A stretch of DNA of 63,832 bases, filler included, from Neoconidiobolus thromboides FSU 785 (lineage: Eukaryota > Fungi > Entomophthoromycota): the NCBI GenBank assembly GCA_025603075.1. It is 9 parts of 9 records of this genome, joined end to end, with 100 filler letters (N's around TTAATTAATTAA, not from the genome) between each part and the next. Parts side by side here need not be neighbours in the genome. Positions count along the whole stretch, not along the records: positions 31,765 to 40,304 come from MU626680.1; positions 40,405 to 47,910 come from MU626703.1; positions 48,011 to 49,173 come from MU627029.1; positions 49,274 to 56,962 come from MU626698.1; 5 more parts are not named here. One strand, written 5' to 3'. The position numbers and the translations under genes are program-made. Position 1 is the first letter of the stretch. The number at the start of each line of letters is the position of its first letter. Below, piece by piece: positions 39,583 through 50,051 of the stretch. The notes under the pieces are model-generated. The model did no database searches. It saw only the letters and a list, made by a program, of their open reading frames with translations, and was not told the DNA's origin.

Positions 39583-40304
39583 TTATGCATATTTATTGAT
39601 AAAATCCACACTAGTTGAAATTCTAGTAAACACAGCAGGGTAATCTTTTAAAGCACAACCCTTACCCCAAGACACTATACCTACTATAGTGGGTTCACCT
39701 TCAAAGCTTAAAATAGGACCCCCAGAATCGGCCTGACATACGTTTTTCCAACCTTCTTTATAGCCAGCACAAAACTGTGATCCGGTATCTAAGAGAGGAT
39801 AGCTTATTTTGCATTGGTTAATATCATAAACTGGAACATCAACTTGTCTTAAAACATAAGAATAAGGACCATCTTCATATAGTCTCCCCCAACCTAAAAC
39901 AGTAAGACCTTTACCAGTTTGGGATGAAATATCATTATAATCTAGTTTTAATCTAAGATTAAACCCCTTTATAGGCTCAATTTTATATATAGCAATATCA
40001 TAGTTTATACTACTTTCACCAAGATAATATTTTGGATGTGGGATACGCTTCAAAATCTTCAAGTCTTTCCCATGTTCTTGTAAGCTAGTTAAATTCATAT
40101 TGTGACGATGAAAAGAAATAGTCCAATCGGATTCAGTAGCATTGATACAGTGAGCTGCTGTCACTACGGTATTTTTATTGAGTAAAGTACCACCACAAAC
40201 ATGTTTTCCATGATAATCTAAAGATATCATGAATGGATAGCGGAACTTTGGACTAACTTCAGTACCATTTACGATTCTTGAATCGCTAGAAAGAGAGGAT
40301 GAGA
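39583..40304 (-). CDS. Trypsin-family (S1A) protease paralog, 5' partial; Asn189/Ala226 pocket
   Basis: Same triad motifs as 31765-32486 but KNVCQADSGG and PAVFTRI. Confidence 0.93.
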
Positions 40305-40404
40305 NNNNNNNNNNNNNNNNNNNNNNNNNNNNNNNNNNNNNNNNNNNNTTAATTAATTAANNNNNNNNNNNNNNNNNNNNNNNNNNNNNNNNNNNNNNNN
40401 NNNN

Positions 40405-41343
40405 ATTAGCAATCTCTTCTAATTTACTAACAATTTGAGAGTTATGTTTGGTACTTTCTTCGCTGAATCTAGGGTTAGTAACTCTATAATCATCTTTTTC
40501 TAATTTTTCAACATTCAATTTTCCAGTTAAAAACCCACGGCCTAATGGGGAGTAAGCTACAACGGCTACTCCTAATTCTCGACAAGCTTGTAATAGACCA
40601 TTCTTTTCAATAAAAGTTTCCCATGGACTTTATAAAAAGAAAAATATATTAGATTTTTATTTTTGGTTAACAATTAAATAATTTACCTATATTCTACTTG
40701 TACAGCAGATATTGGATGTACTTTATGTGCTCTTCTAAGGGTCTCTGCACTGCACTCGGATAATCCCAAATATCTTACTTTACCTTCTTTAACTAATTCA
40801 GCCATAGCTCCAACTGTTTCTTCGATTGGACTAAAAAATATTATATTAAATAAAATAAAATAGACTATACTAAAGCAAAACCATACGTATTAGGATCAAC
40901 TCTATGCTGGTAATATAAATCAATGGTATCAATACCTAATCTTTTTAAACTAGCATCACAACATTCCTTAACATATTCTTTATCTCCCCGTATTTCCACT
41001 TTTTTAAGCTCTTGATTGTAAGTAATTGAAAATTTAGTGCATAAAAAGATTTCATTTCTACGTTCCTTTAATACTTTAGATATCAAAATTTCGTTGGCAC
41101 CCAAACCATAAATATCCTATAAGAAAAATTTGTTAGTTCTTCTAGCGGTAAAAGCAAGAAAAATAAACTTGCTGAAGTATCCCAAAAGGTACAACCTAAA
41201 TCAATAGCTTTATTTAGAGTCTCCAAGTTTTCTTGTTCATTAGTGGTGCCGTAAAAAGCACTCATACCCATACAGCCTAATCCTATACTGGATACTTGGG
41301 GTCCATTTTTACCTAATTGACGTGTTGGTAATTTACTCATCAT
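40405..41343 (-). CDS. Aldo-keto reductase (spliced, 3' partial)
   Basis: [10 protein letters not shown]...[64 protein letters not shown]. Confidence 0.92.
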
Positions 41344-41787
41344 TGCTTCGCTGTTTATGAGTTTTTTTATTAGTTGAATGTGATTTGTCTCTACTTTTAT
41401 AGTTTTTGGGCTAAAACTTAGCTCCGACTTCCTGTCTTTTACAATGATGTCGGATTTACTATGTAACAAATTGCTTATTATATAAGTCCGATTTTTTTGA
41501 CATGAAAGCTAAATTGAGCTTGTTTCAAAAACGTCATCAAAAAAATATGTAAAGTTGCTATATTTTTGATCTTATTTTTAGATTAGCAAAAATAGTAACA
41601 ATTACAGTGCATGATAAGCTGCTGTTGTTATTATATATAAAGATCTTTATAGGGTCAAAGTAGCCAGTATATTGATTAGTAGATAGCTCTTTAACGCGAT
41701 GCTGGTAATCAAATTGGCAAAACTTGTAAATAATAAATAAAGATCTTTAAAAAGCAAACTAGTTAAAATAAAAAACCAAATAAACAT

Positions 41788-41879
41788 CAGGATTTTTTGT
41801 TTCATCACTTTTTCCCATTCCCGGACGCTATTAAGAGGAAAAATGTCAGTAAATTTCTTAAATAAAAAAAGACACCTCC
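41788..41879 (+). mobile_element. Degenerate MITE copy
   Basis: Family core CGCTATTAAGAGGAAAAATGTCAGTAAATTTCTTAAA and end GACACCTCC. Confidence 0.6.
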
Positions 41880-42601
41880 ATCCTTGAATTTTCTTGGTTA
41901 TCTATCTAAAGTGGCAAATTGACTTAGTTAAGGCATAAAAAACTCTAGAAGTAAAAGGCTATGAAAAACAAAGTTGGGCAATTAAAAATAATGGGGAGTG
42001 TCTATTACTTTTGCAACTGGGACCAGTCCAGTGCTTGGGGCTAGATTAAGTACTTAAGGGTGAATTTGGTTCTGTAGTAAAGATATTTTAATTCCCAAAT
42101 GAGATTTTCCTGATTCAGCTCCAAAAGCTTTGTGCAGTAGCAGAATATTGATAAATTTATAGACAGGATATTAAAGTTACAGTTGATGAATTAGATTACG
42201 CCTGTAACTAGAAATGTCCAGATGAAACCGTTAAAGTTAGAAGGTAGAGTGAAAGCGAATTTAAAAGAGTAATCCTATTTGTAAGAAAGATCAAACTTAT
42301 GCTCAAGGCTGAAAGTATACAAGGAGTAAAATATGTGAATCATTACACAACATGTAAAGTAATGTTTAGTATTTCATTTTTCGTAAATAAAACACTCATA
42401 TGAGACAGTCTCGAAGATTGAGAATAGCGTATTGTGAGAGTAAAAGATAGGCTTAATAATACATGTCCTTGAAGTTGAATATATATTTTTAAATAATCAA
42501 ATAATTGTAAGAAATGCTTCCTTAACTAACGTTATACTTTTTACTATAGTTCAATTGAAAATTATGTTTAATTATTAGACTTACTAGCTAATAGATAATA
42601 T

Positions 42602-42702
42602 GCGGGAATGTATTTTTATATTTGAGAATTTTACTAACAGCTTTTCCACTCCAATAGGGCTTAAAGGATGTAAAAAGTGATGAAGCTAAAAAAAACACTC
42701 CT
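42602..42702 (-). mobile_element. MITE copy
   Basis: Family core, ends slightly degenerate. Confidence 0.75.
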
Positions 42703-43479
42703 ACGTTTTTATCTATAGTTTTAAAAAATTTAAAAAAAATACTTATAAGTAATCAAAGTGCTGAAATAGAAGGGATATTTTCAGATAGTATACTGCCACA
42801 TCAGCAAATAGTCCAAAAATTTTCACGAGTTTATAAACAAAGTCCTTAAATGATAAAATCAGAAATAATAATACCATTCAGCCTTTTTATCTTTTAATTG
42901 ATTTTAACAATTGTACATTTAGATCTCTTTTAGGTCATAGATTAGTCTTGAGCACAAGATAAAGAAAAAGCGAATAAAAAATGAACATAACATTTATTTT
43001 TAAAGTGATGCTGCCAAATGTATACAATAAAATCCCCTATTGACAGTGCAATAAAATGTTGTAAGGGTAATTGGCTCACGAAATAAATTTACAATTCAAG
43101 TATATGGGGTTTATAACTTTAAAAAAATTCAAAGTTGTATAAAATTAATGTCTTTCAAAGTTTTAAGTTGAAGCATGAAAGTAAGTGAAACTTAGTAGCT
43201 TAATCAAAATCCTTAAAAAATAGTTCATTCATTACTTTCATATTGATCTTCTCAAAGTAACAAACTATATATTTCTTAAGGACATGTTTAACATTATGGA
43301 ATATTAAATGAAGTTAGCTTTGTTTTATCTTAATGAAGCAAAATTCCGCCTTTGAAAAAGAATTGAAGTATGTTACTAAAAATAAGTTATATTAACAGTT
43401 CAAGCTTTAACTTAAATAATGAAGGACATCACAAACCTAATAATAACAAGGGTTCAATTAACTTACATTTAAACTATAT

Positions 43480-43577
43480 GGGGATGTTTTTTTGACTTCA
43501 TTACTTTTTCCATTTTTTAAGCGCTATTTAAGTGGAGAATTTGTTAGTAAAATTCTTAAATATAAAAATACATTCCC
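43480..43577 (+). mobile_element. MITE copy
   Basis: GGGGATG...CATTCCC, ATAT/ATAT flanks. Confidence 0.88.
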
Positions 43578-43599
43578 ATATGAACAGCGATCAATTAAC

Positions 43600-43900
43600 T
43601 GAAACTCAAAGCAGCTTTTAAGATTCAAATGAAAAATAGCGATAATGTCTAAAGAGTTAAAGTTGATACAGTATTTAGTAACTGTCCATAAGGCAAAGAT
43701 TTTTTAGAGAGATATATCAAATTAGGATTAAAAACAAGAGGAGAGGCGATAAAAGATAGAATAAGAAAACTCAAACTTTAGCTATTTAGGATTTTCAAGT
43801 TAATTGAAAGTTTATACCATACTAATGGAGATGTAATTGATTTACATTCTGGAACCTATTTTTATGATAAAAACGGAGTTAAGGATATGAGAAAGGTTTA
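43600..43900 (+). pseudogene. Possible decayed protein-kinase-like fragment
   Basis: One frame reads KLKAAFKIQ...FKLIESLYHTNGDVIDLHSGTYF, resembling a catalytic-loop DLHSGN, with in-frame stops. Confidence 0.25.
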
Positions 43901-44370
43901 AGGTGAGTATTAAAGTAGTTTAAAAATATTCAAAAAATTAATGATAAAAAAGAGTTGCTGAAGCAAGGAAAAAGTTTGAAAAAGAAATTTAATATGGTTG
44001 AAGAAAAGTTAAGTACTCAATTCAGTTTTTAATAATTTTTTGATCATTAAGAAATCGAACTGGGAAGGAGAGGGGGTATGTAGGAAACTTAGAAAACTCG
44101 TTTGAATATGGCTCTTTTCTAGAAACCAGTACTCATTTCCATAACTGTTTGTCTTGTAGCTATAGCTGACGTTTTAAACCTAGAGTGCTAGTAAATTATA
44201 TTAAACAATATAATCCAAGTTTTGTATCTAAATCTTTGATGATTTGTTTAAGTTTTGACTGTTTCTTTAACTCAAGTTAATTTTGAAGAAACATGACAAC
44301 ATTGCTTAAATATTATGTAATCTTTAGTCTTCCAAGCTTGTGATAATCTAGGTTTGGAGACATCCAAGTA

Positions 44371-45168
44371 TTGTATTTATTTTATGAGATTTCTTTAATT
44401 GAAAATAATAGTGATTTATCTTCTCAGCTTTTGACTTCATCTATAAGGGCATTTTATGTGTTAGATATTGGTAATTTGATATTTGATCAATTGCATCCCA
44501 AAAGTAAAAATGAGGATACAAAGTCTATCAAATTAAAAAAGTGGTTTTATATACTTGTTTCTTCTAAAATTAATCAAACATTTATGAACCTTTTTCCGAC
44601 TATCAAAGAACATGGTTTAGCTGAGTTAGAACCTATTTGTTATCTTATTATTCGTCACTTTAAATGCAAGGATAAGGATGAAGTGGGTTGTATGGAGGCG
44701 TTTTTATTAAATACAATACAGGAAAATCTAGCTGCTTTTTTAATCTTTAATCATCTTAAGAAAATGATTAAGGGAGCTAAGAACATTAGATCTATATTCT
44801 ATAATCAGCCTATTTTATCAAATAGGAAATTTCAACTTGTCCAGGAGCATATTAATAAGTACTATAATAGTTGTAGCAAATCCTCAAGAAATGCGATTAC
44901 AGATATTGATCAACTCATCAATATAAAGAACTATTTATGCGTATTTCCCAAGAATTATACATATCAATATCACAGAATTCACGAAATCAAAAGAAATGTG
45001 TCCGTTTATATATATCAGTTGTTTTTAGTTCATCTTACAATGATTAATAAAGCTATTTGTGTAACTACCCATTCAGTCTATTTGTCAACAATATTAGAAA
45101 TTTCTTTAAGGGTTATAATAATGTTTTGTGTTCCAACATTCAATTATTTGGACTATATACTAAACTAA
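44371..45168 (+). CDS. Hypothetical protein, possibly a divergent fungal transcription-factor middle domain
   Basis: 265-codon open frame in very AT-rich DNA; no Met start (TTG) and no decisive motif. Confidence 0.4.
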   Translation: MYLFYEISLIENNSDLSSQLLTSSIRAFYVLDIGNLIFDQLHPKSKNEDTKSIKLKKWFYILVSSKINQTFMNLFPTIKEHGLAELEPICYLIIRHFKCKDKDEVGCMEAFLLNTIQENLAAFLIFNHLKKMIKGAKNIRSIFYNQPILSNRKFQLVQEHINKYYNSCSKSSRNAITDIDQLINIKNYLCVFPKNYTYQYHRIHEIKRNVSVYIYQLFLVHLTMINKAICVTTHSVYLSTILEISLRVIIMFCVPTFNYLDYILN

Positions 45169-45673
45169 AAAGCTATAGAACATTTGAGTTAACATCCAAT
45201 ATATAGTGTAGTCTCGTAATATTTAAATAAGTAACCTTATGTTATTAATAAAGAAAAAAGCAAGGATTGTTTAATGGTTCTTTAGAACTTAGGTTTTAAG
45301 TATCTATTGTTTTCGTTTTATGCTCTGTGGCAAGCATCTTCTTCTCCTTCTACCCCAAGTTTATATTATTTTAATATAGATAGTAAACTATAATCGAAAC
45401 TATAATTGTTGAGTCATTCCATATTTATGAACTTTCCATGGTGATTGATAGTATCAAAAATACAATAGATCGATTTTGTAGTTAATAAAATCAAGAAGCT
45501 TGTTGATTCCTTTCAAAAGGATGAAGAAGTTAAACTGAAATCTATTAGCATGTTTAAGTAAACTTATTATTTTAGTGCTTTATGGTCATGTTTATATTGT
45601 TAACAAATTGCTGGGACAGATCTAATTACATAAAATTTACTCTTCAATAAAAACTTTAATAGCTCCTACTCTC

Positions 45674-46139
45674 TGTGAAATACCGCTTTGCCAGTTCCAT
45701 GGTTAATTATAGCATAACAATCGCCTAAGCTGTTGTATTCTTGAGTTCAGAGAAAATCAATCCCACCTTCTTAGTTTGATTCGCTATGAGAATTTCTAGC
45801 TCTCCATCCAAAAGAATATTATCTTCTCATTTTGATATTTATACTTTTCAGAGTATAAAAGAGTTTACAGAGTATAATAGTCCGAGGCTTTTTAACTAAA
45901 TTAATACCTGATATCTCGAACATTTAATAAAGCCACTAAGTTTTCTTAATAGTATTTTATGTAGATTTTACATCAGTATTGTCCATTCTATTTGTCTTAT
46001 ATAGCTTGTAACCTATTACGTGCTATTCCTCATAATCCAAGTCTATCTTAGTCACATAAACTAAGACCTTTCAACTTATAGTGTAGTCAACCCAGCAATA
46101 ACTGTTCTTGACTCCAAACCCTGAGTACCAGATTTCACA
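45674..46139 (+). mobile_element. Solo-LTR-like element, 466 bp
   Basis: TGTGAAAT...ATTTCACA 8-bp inverted ends, TCTC/TCTC 4-bp TSD, internal TATAAAA (~45855) and AATAAA (~45926); three other copies in window. Confidence 0.7.
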
Positions 46140-46419
46140 TCTCTATATATAATATACTGATTAAAAATTGTTGTTTAGTTAACTATTATTTTTAAAAAAA
46201 ATAAGCATACTATTTAATTGTATGGGGTTGTTCGAATTGATTTCAGGATTTACTTAAAAATTAATCCAAGTTTAAAATTTAAAATTTGTGTATAATATGA
46301 TGGTTAAATCTAAAAAGCCTAATTAAATCTCTTTATTTAAAACTTGTTTTAATTGTTTCCTTTTCTTAAATAGTTAATTTTCCTAACTATGTGTTTTATG
46401 TTGTTTCTGTTAAGTATAT

Positions 46420-46518
46420 GGGAGTGTTTTTTTTGACTTCATTATTTTTTCCATTTTCTAAGCGCCATTTAAGCGGAAAATTTGTTGGTAAAATTCTTAA
46501 ACACAAAAATACATCCCC
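46420..46518 (+). mobile_element. MITE copy inside transposon
   Basis: GGGAGTG...CATCCCC, ATAT/ATAT flanks. Confidence 0.88.
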
Positions 46519-47030
46519 ATATAATAAATATATAATATATAGTTATATAATTATGTAGATAGAGTTATTTGACTTATTTTTTGTTGAAATAAAAATAAAA
46601 TGCAAACTTTCATAGCTAAACTTTGAGATAGAATTTTTGAAAATTTCAATACAATAGGGAGGAGTACACAATATAAACATTATAGTTCATTTACATCGAT
46701 CTTAAGAGCTACTTATAACAATCCAGAGTTTATGGAACCTTACAACAAAACGAAACAAAGAAAAGATATATTATCAAAGTTTACTATCGATAATAATGAA
46801 CTTAATCAAGCAATGTATAAAATTAATGCTTTAAGGGAAATAGGAAATAAAAATCAACAAGTAGCGTTATTATCAACTAAAGCTTCAGTATATTCTTTTG
46901 ATGAATGTAAAAGTTTTGGGTTTAAAATAAGTGATAATAGTAATAAATATCAACGTTACAACCTATTATTAAAAATACAAAAAAAATTAAAGATGGCCAA
47001 ATTGAAACTATTATACAATATTTACTAAAT

Positions 47031-47127
47031 GAGGATGTATTTTTTTGTTCAAGAATTTTACCACCATCTTTCCACTCAAATAGCGCTTAAAAAATAGAAA
47101 AATAATAAAACCAAAAAAAACATCGCC
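47031..47127 (-). mobile_element. MITE copy inside transposase
   Basis: AAAT/AAAC flanks; empty site TTTACT-AAAT-GA in other copies. Confidence 0.88.
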
Positions 47128-48010
47128 AAACGATTCAACTATTTCATCAAGATTTAATTAAAAAAATAACAATAGTAAATATTCATCAGATAATATATAT
47201 TAAACAAAAGTAGAAGAATGGTATACAGTAAATACTTTGATGATTCAAAAGATAAAGCAGTAGCTAGGTCAACATTTTTTAAATATATACCAACTAATTT
47301 CAAAAATCCAGCAAGAAAAACGGATCTATGTAATACACGTGCCCAGTATACAGTTAAAAAAAGTTATTCGAAAATAAAATAAATACAGCAAAAAACAAAG
47401 CAGAGATAGAAGAGGTTTTTAATAAAGAAGAAAAGTTATACAAATTACATGAATTTTGTATTGATACTCAAAAAAACACATTTAACAAAACTACTGAAAA
47501 ATTTGATAATAAAAGTTGTATAATGATTTTAGACTTTAAACAAAATATGGAAATAGGAACAAGACCAAACCCAATAAATTTAGATTATTATAATAAACAA
47601 GCTATATCAGTATTAGGTTTTAGTGTTTTATATTTGAAAGATGATAAAAAAATAGCCAAAGTTTACTTTGATTATTTATCTGAAGTATTAAATCATGATT
47701 CAGCATATGCAGGAGATTGTTTAATCGATTTAATCTCTACAGAGCTTTCAAAAAGTTTACGAAAATCAATATATGGGCAGATACAGGAAATCGTTTTAAA
47801 TCTCAAGAGTTCCTGCATTATATATTTAAAGAAACTCATAAAATAAATAGTAGTTTGGATGTTAATCTTCATTTTTTTGCTGAGCATCATGGAAAAAGTA
47901 TAGTTGATGGNNNNNNNNNNNNNNNNNNNNNNNNNNNNNNNNNNNNNNNNNNNNTTAATTAATTAANNNNNNNNNNNNNNNNNNNNNNNNNNNNNNNNNN
48001 NNNNNNNNNN

Positions 48011-48105
48011 ATCTTAGTCACATAAACTAAGACCTTTCGACTTATAGTGTAGTTAACCCAGCAATAGCTGTTCTTGACTCCAAACCCTGAGTACCAGATT
48101 TCACA
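48011..48105 (+). mobile_element. LTR-like element, partial (gap)
   Basis: Matches the ATTTCACA end of 45674-46139. Confidence 0.75.
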
Positions 48106-48543
48106 AAATGATGAGTTTGATCCCAAAGGAAGGCCTCTGGTAGATCTATAAGTTGAATTAGAACCAAGTCCAGCTAATGAACCAAGAGAGAAGTCATACG
48201 ATTGAAATACCGAAATTGACGCTACCACTAGTAGAAAATGATCCGATAGCTTGAGATCCAGAGTTTTCTGGAACAGAAACAGTGAAGACAGAAATCAGAG
48301 TTAAGATAATCATGAAAGCAATAAATTCAATTGCATTACATATTAAATTATATTAGTGACTTTAAACTATGAGTATTATTCTTATGCTTATAGGCTTTAA
48401 TATCTTAGCCTACTTTGGACCTAGACTTCGTAGTAAAACACACTCATCTTACCCATAACAATATATTTGTGTTAACGAAACTTACCATGACCTTTTTGTA
48501 TTTATTACCTAAGACTTTTTAGAAATTTTAGTCTATTATATGT

Positions 48544-49070
48544 GGGGGATGCTCGAATTGGTTCCAGAATTTAGTTAAAATTAATTCAAATCTTAAGTTC
48601 TTAAGTTTGTAAGCCCTTAATGTATGATAAAATTTAATTTAAAAGAGTTATTTTAATTGTTTTATTTTTTCAAGTGTTTAATAAACATATAGTATATAAG
48701 TGTATAGCTATTTAACTTTATTTTTTATTAAAATAAAAATAAAATATAAGCTTTTATAATCAGACTCCAAAATATAAGTTTTTGGAATTTTAATACAATA
48801 AGGACAAACGCATTATGTAAACATTGTACTTTATTTACATTAACGTTAATTATAATAACCCAGGGTTTATGGAATTTTATAATAAAACAAAAAAGAGAAG
48901 AAAAATTAAAGTTTGTTATTATTAATAATAAACTTAATCAAACGATGTATAAAGTTGATGCTTTAAAGGAAACAGGAAACGAAAACCAACAAATAATATT
49001 ATTACCAATTATAACTTTAATACATATTTTTAACAAATATAGAAGTTCTAGGTTTAACATAAGTAGTAAT
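48544..49070 (+). mobile_element. Sola-like transposon copy, 5' part, more diverged
   Basis: GGGGGATGCTCGAATTGGTTCCAG terminus; collinear with 46224-46950; interrupted by LTR-like element at 49071. Confidence 0.7.
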
Positions 49071-49173
49071 TGTGAAATCTAGTACTCAGGGTTTGGAGTC
49101 AAGAACAGCTATTGCTGGGTTAACTACACTATAAGTCGAAAGGTCTTAGTTTATGTGACTAAGATAGACTTGG
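49071..49173 (-). mobile_element. LTR-like element, partial (gap)
   Basis: Starts TGTGAAATCT; near-identical inverted copy of 48011-48105. Confidence 0.75.
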
Positions 49174-49273
49174 NNNNNNNNNNNNNNNNNNNNNNNNNNN
49201 NNNNNNNNNNNNNNNNNTTAATTAATTAANNNNNNNNNNNNNNNNNNNNNNNNNNNNNNNNNNNNNNNNNNNN

Positions 49274-49858
49274 GAACCTTATTTAATTCAAGGGGATATC
49301 ATTACTCATTTTTATAATGGACATGGGAATAAATTAATATTAGAAGATTACAAAACACCTAAAGATGTATTAATTAAATTGTTTAATAAAGGTGTCTTAT
49401 TTGATGTTGGACATGGCGGTGGTGGTTTTAATTTTAAAGTGGCATTACCTTTAATTCAATCAAATTATTTACCTAATACAATTAGTTCTGATTTACATCA
49501 AGTATCACGTATTTCTACAGCTAAAAATTTATTAAATGTTGTGAATAAAATGGTAGCTTTAGGAATACCTTTAATTGAACTAATTAAAATGACCACGGTT
49601 AATCCAGCAAAGATATTAAAACTAAATAGTAATTTAGGTTATTTAAAAAAAGGTTATAAAGCGGATATTGCTATTTTTGAAATTGAATATGGAAATTTTA
49701 GTTTTCAAGATACAGCTAATAATAATCTTACTAATACTAAAAGATTAAAACATCATTTAACATTTAAAAATGGTATCAAACTAAGTTTACCTAAAGAACC
49801 TAATCCATTTCCTTGGGCTTTAAGAGATGTTGGTGTTGTTTCTGGAAATAAACCATGA
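49274..49858 (+). CDS. Bacterial-type metal-dependent amidohydrolase (dihydroorotase/deacetylase-like), 5' partial
   Basis: GDIITHFY, GVLFDVGHGGGGF, PNTISSDLH, TTVNPAKIL, GYLKKGYKADIAIF. Confidence 0.85.
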   Translation, partial: EPYLIQGDIITHFYNGHGNKLILEDYKTPKDVLIKLFNKGVLFDVGHGGGGFNFKVALPLIQSNYLPNTISSDLHQVSRISTAKNLLNVVNKMVALGIPLIELIKMTTVNPAKILKLNSNLGYLKKGYKADIAIFEIEYGNFSFQDTANNNLTNTKRLKHHLTFKNGIKLSLPKEPNPFPWALRDVGVVSGNKP

Positions 49859-50051
49859 TACATATATATCTGTATTAAATATTTATTTACTTTGATAAAA
49901 CAAAATACAAAAAATAAAAAACAAAAAATAAACTTAAAACTTAATCAATAAAAAAATAAGATTTAATAAAACTAAATAATGTTAGATATTATAAAAAAAT
50001 AACTTTCAACATTCCATTACATCGTATCCATCACCTTTCCGATCTTTACAA

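Larger units (their letters stand above)
46224..47910 (+). mobile_element. Sola-like transposon copy, 5' part, truncated by gap
   Basis: TIR GGGGTTGTTCGAATTGATTTCAG; frameshifted transposase with ILDFKQN, INIWADTG, FFAEHHGKSIVD. Confidence 0.75.

Noticed and set aside
40304-40405. Physical clustering of monooxygenase, trypsins, AKR, amidohydrolases and oxidase as a metabolic gene cluster
   Set aside because: These genes lie on different contigs joined by fixed-length linkers; genes are cut mid-CDS at the joins, so order and distance are unknown.
41950-42300. GC-richer stretch reading GVSITFATGTSPVLGARLST, reminiscent of a beta-pore-forming toxin
   Set aside because: Multiple stops and no diagnostic motif; probably a pseudogene remnant, but no family can be supported.
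47717-48228. ORFs spanning the 47911-48010 gap
   Set aside because: They read through Ns joining unrelated contigs.
48106-48330. Sequence after the LTR end as a primer-binding site or gag start
   Set aside because: No TGG tRNA-complementary PBS and no gag-like ORF; it appears to be unrelated flanking DNA.
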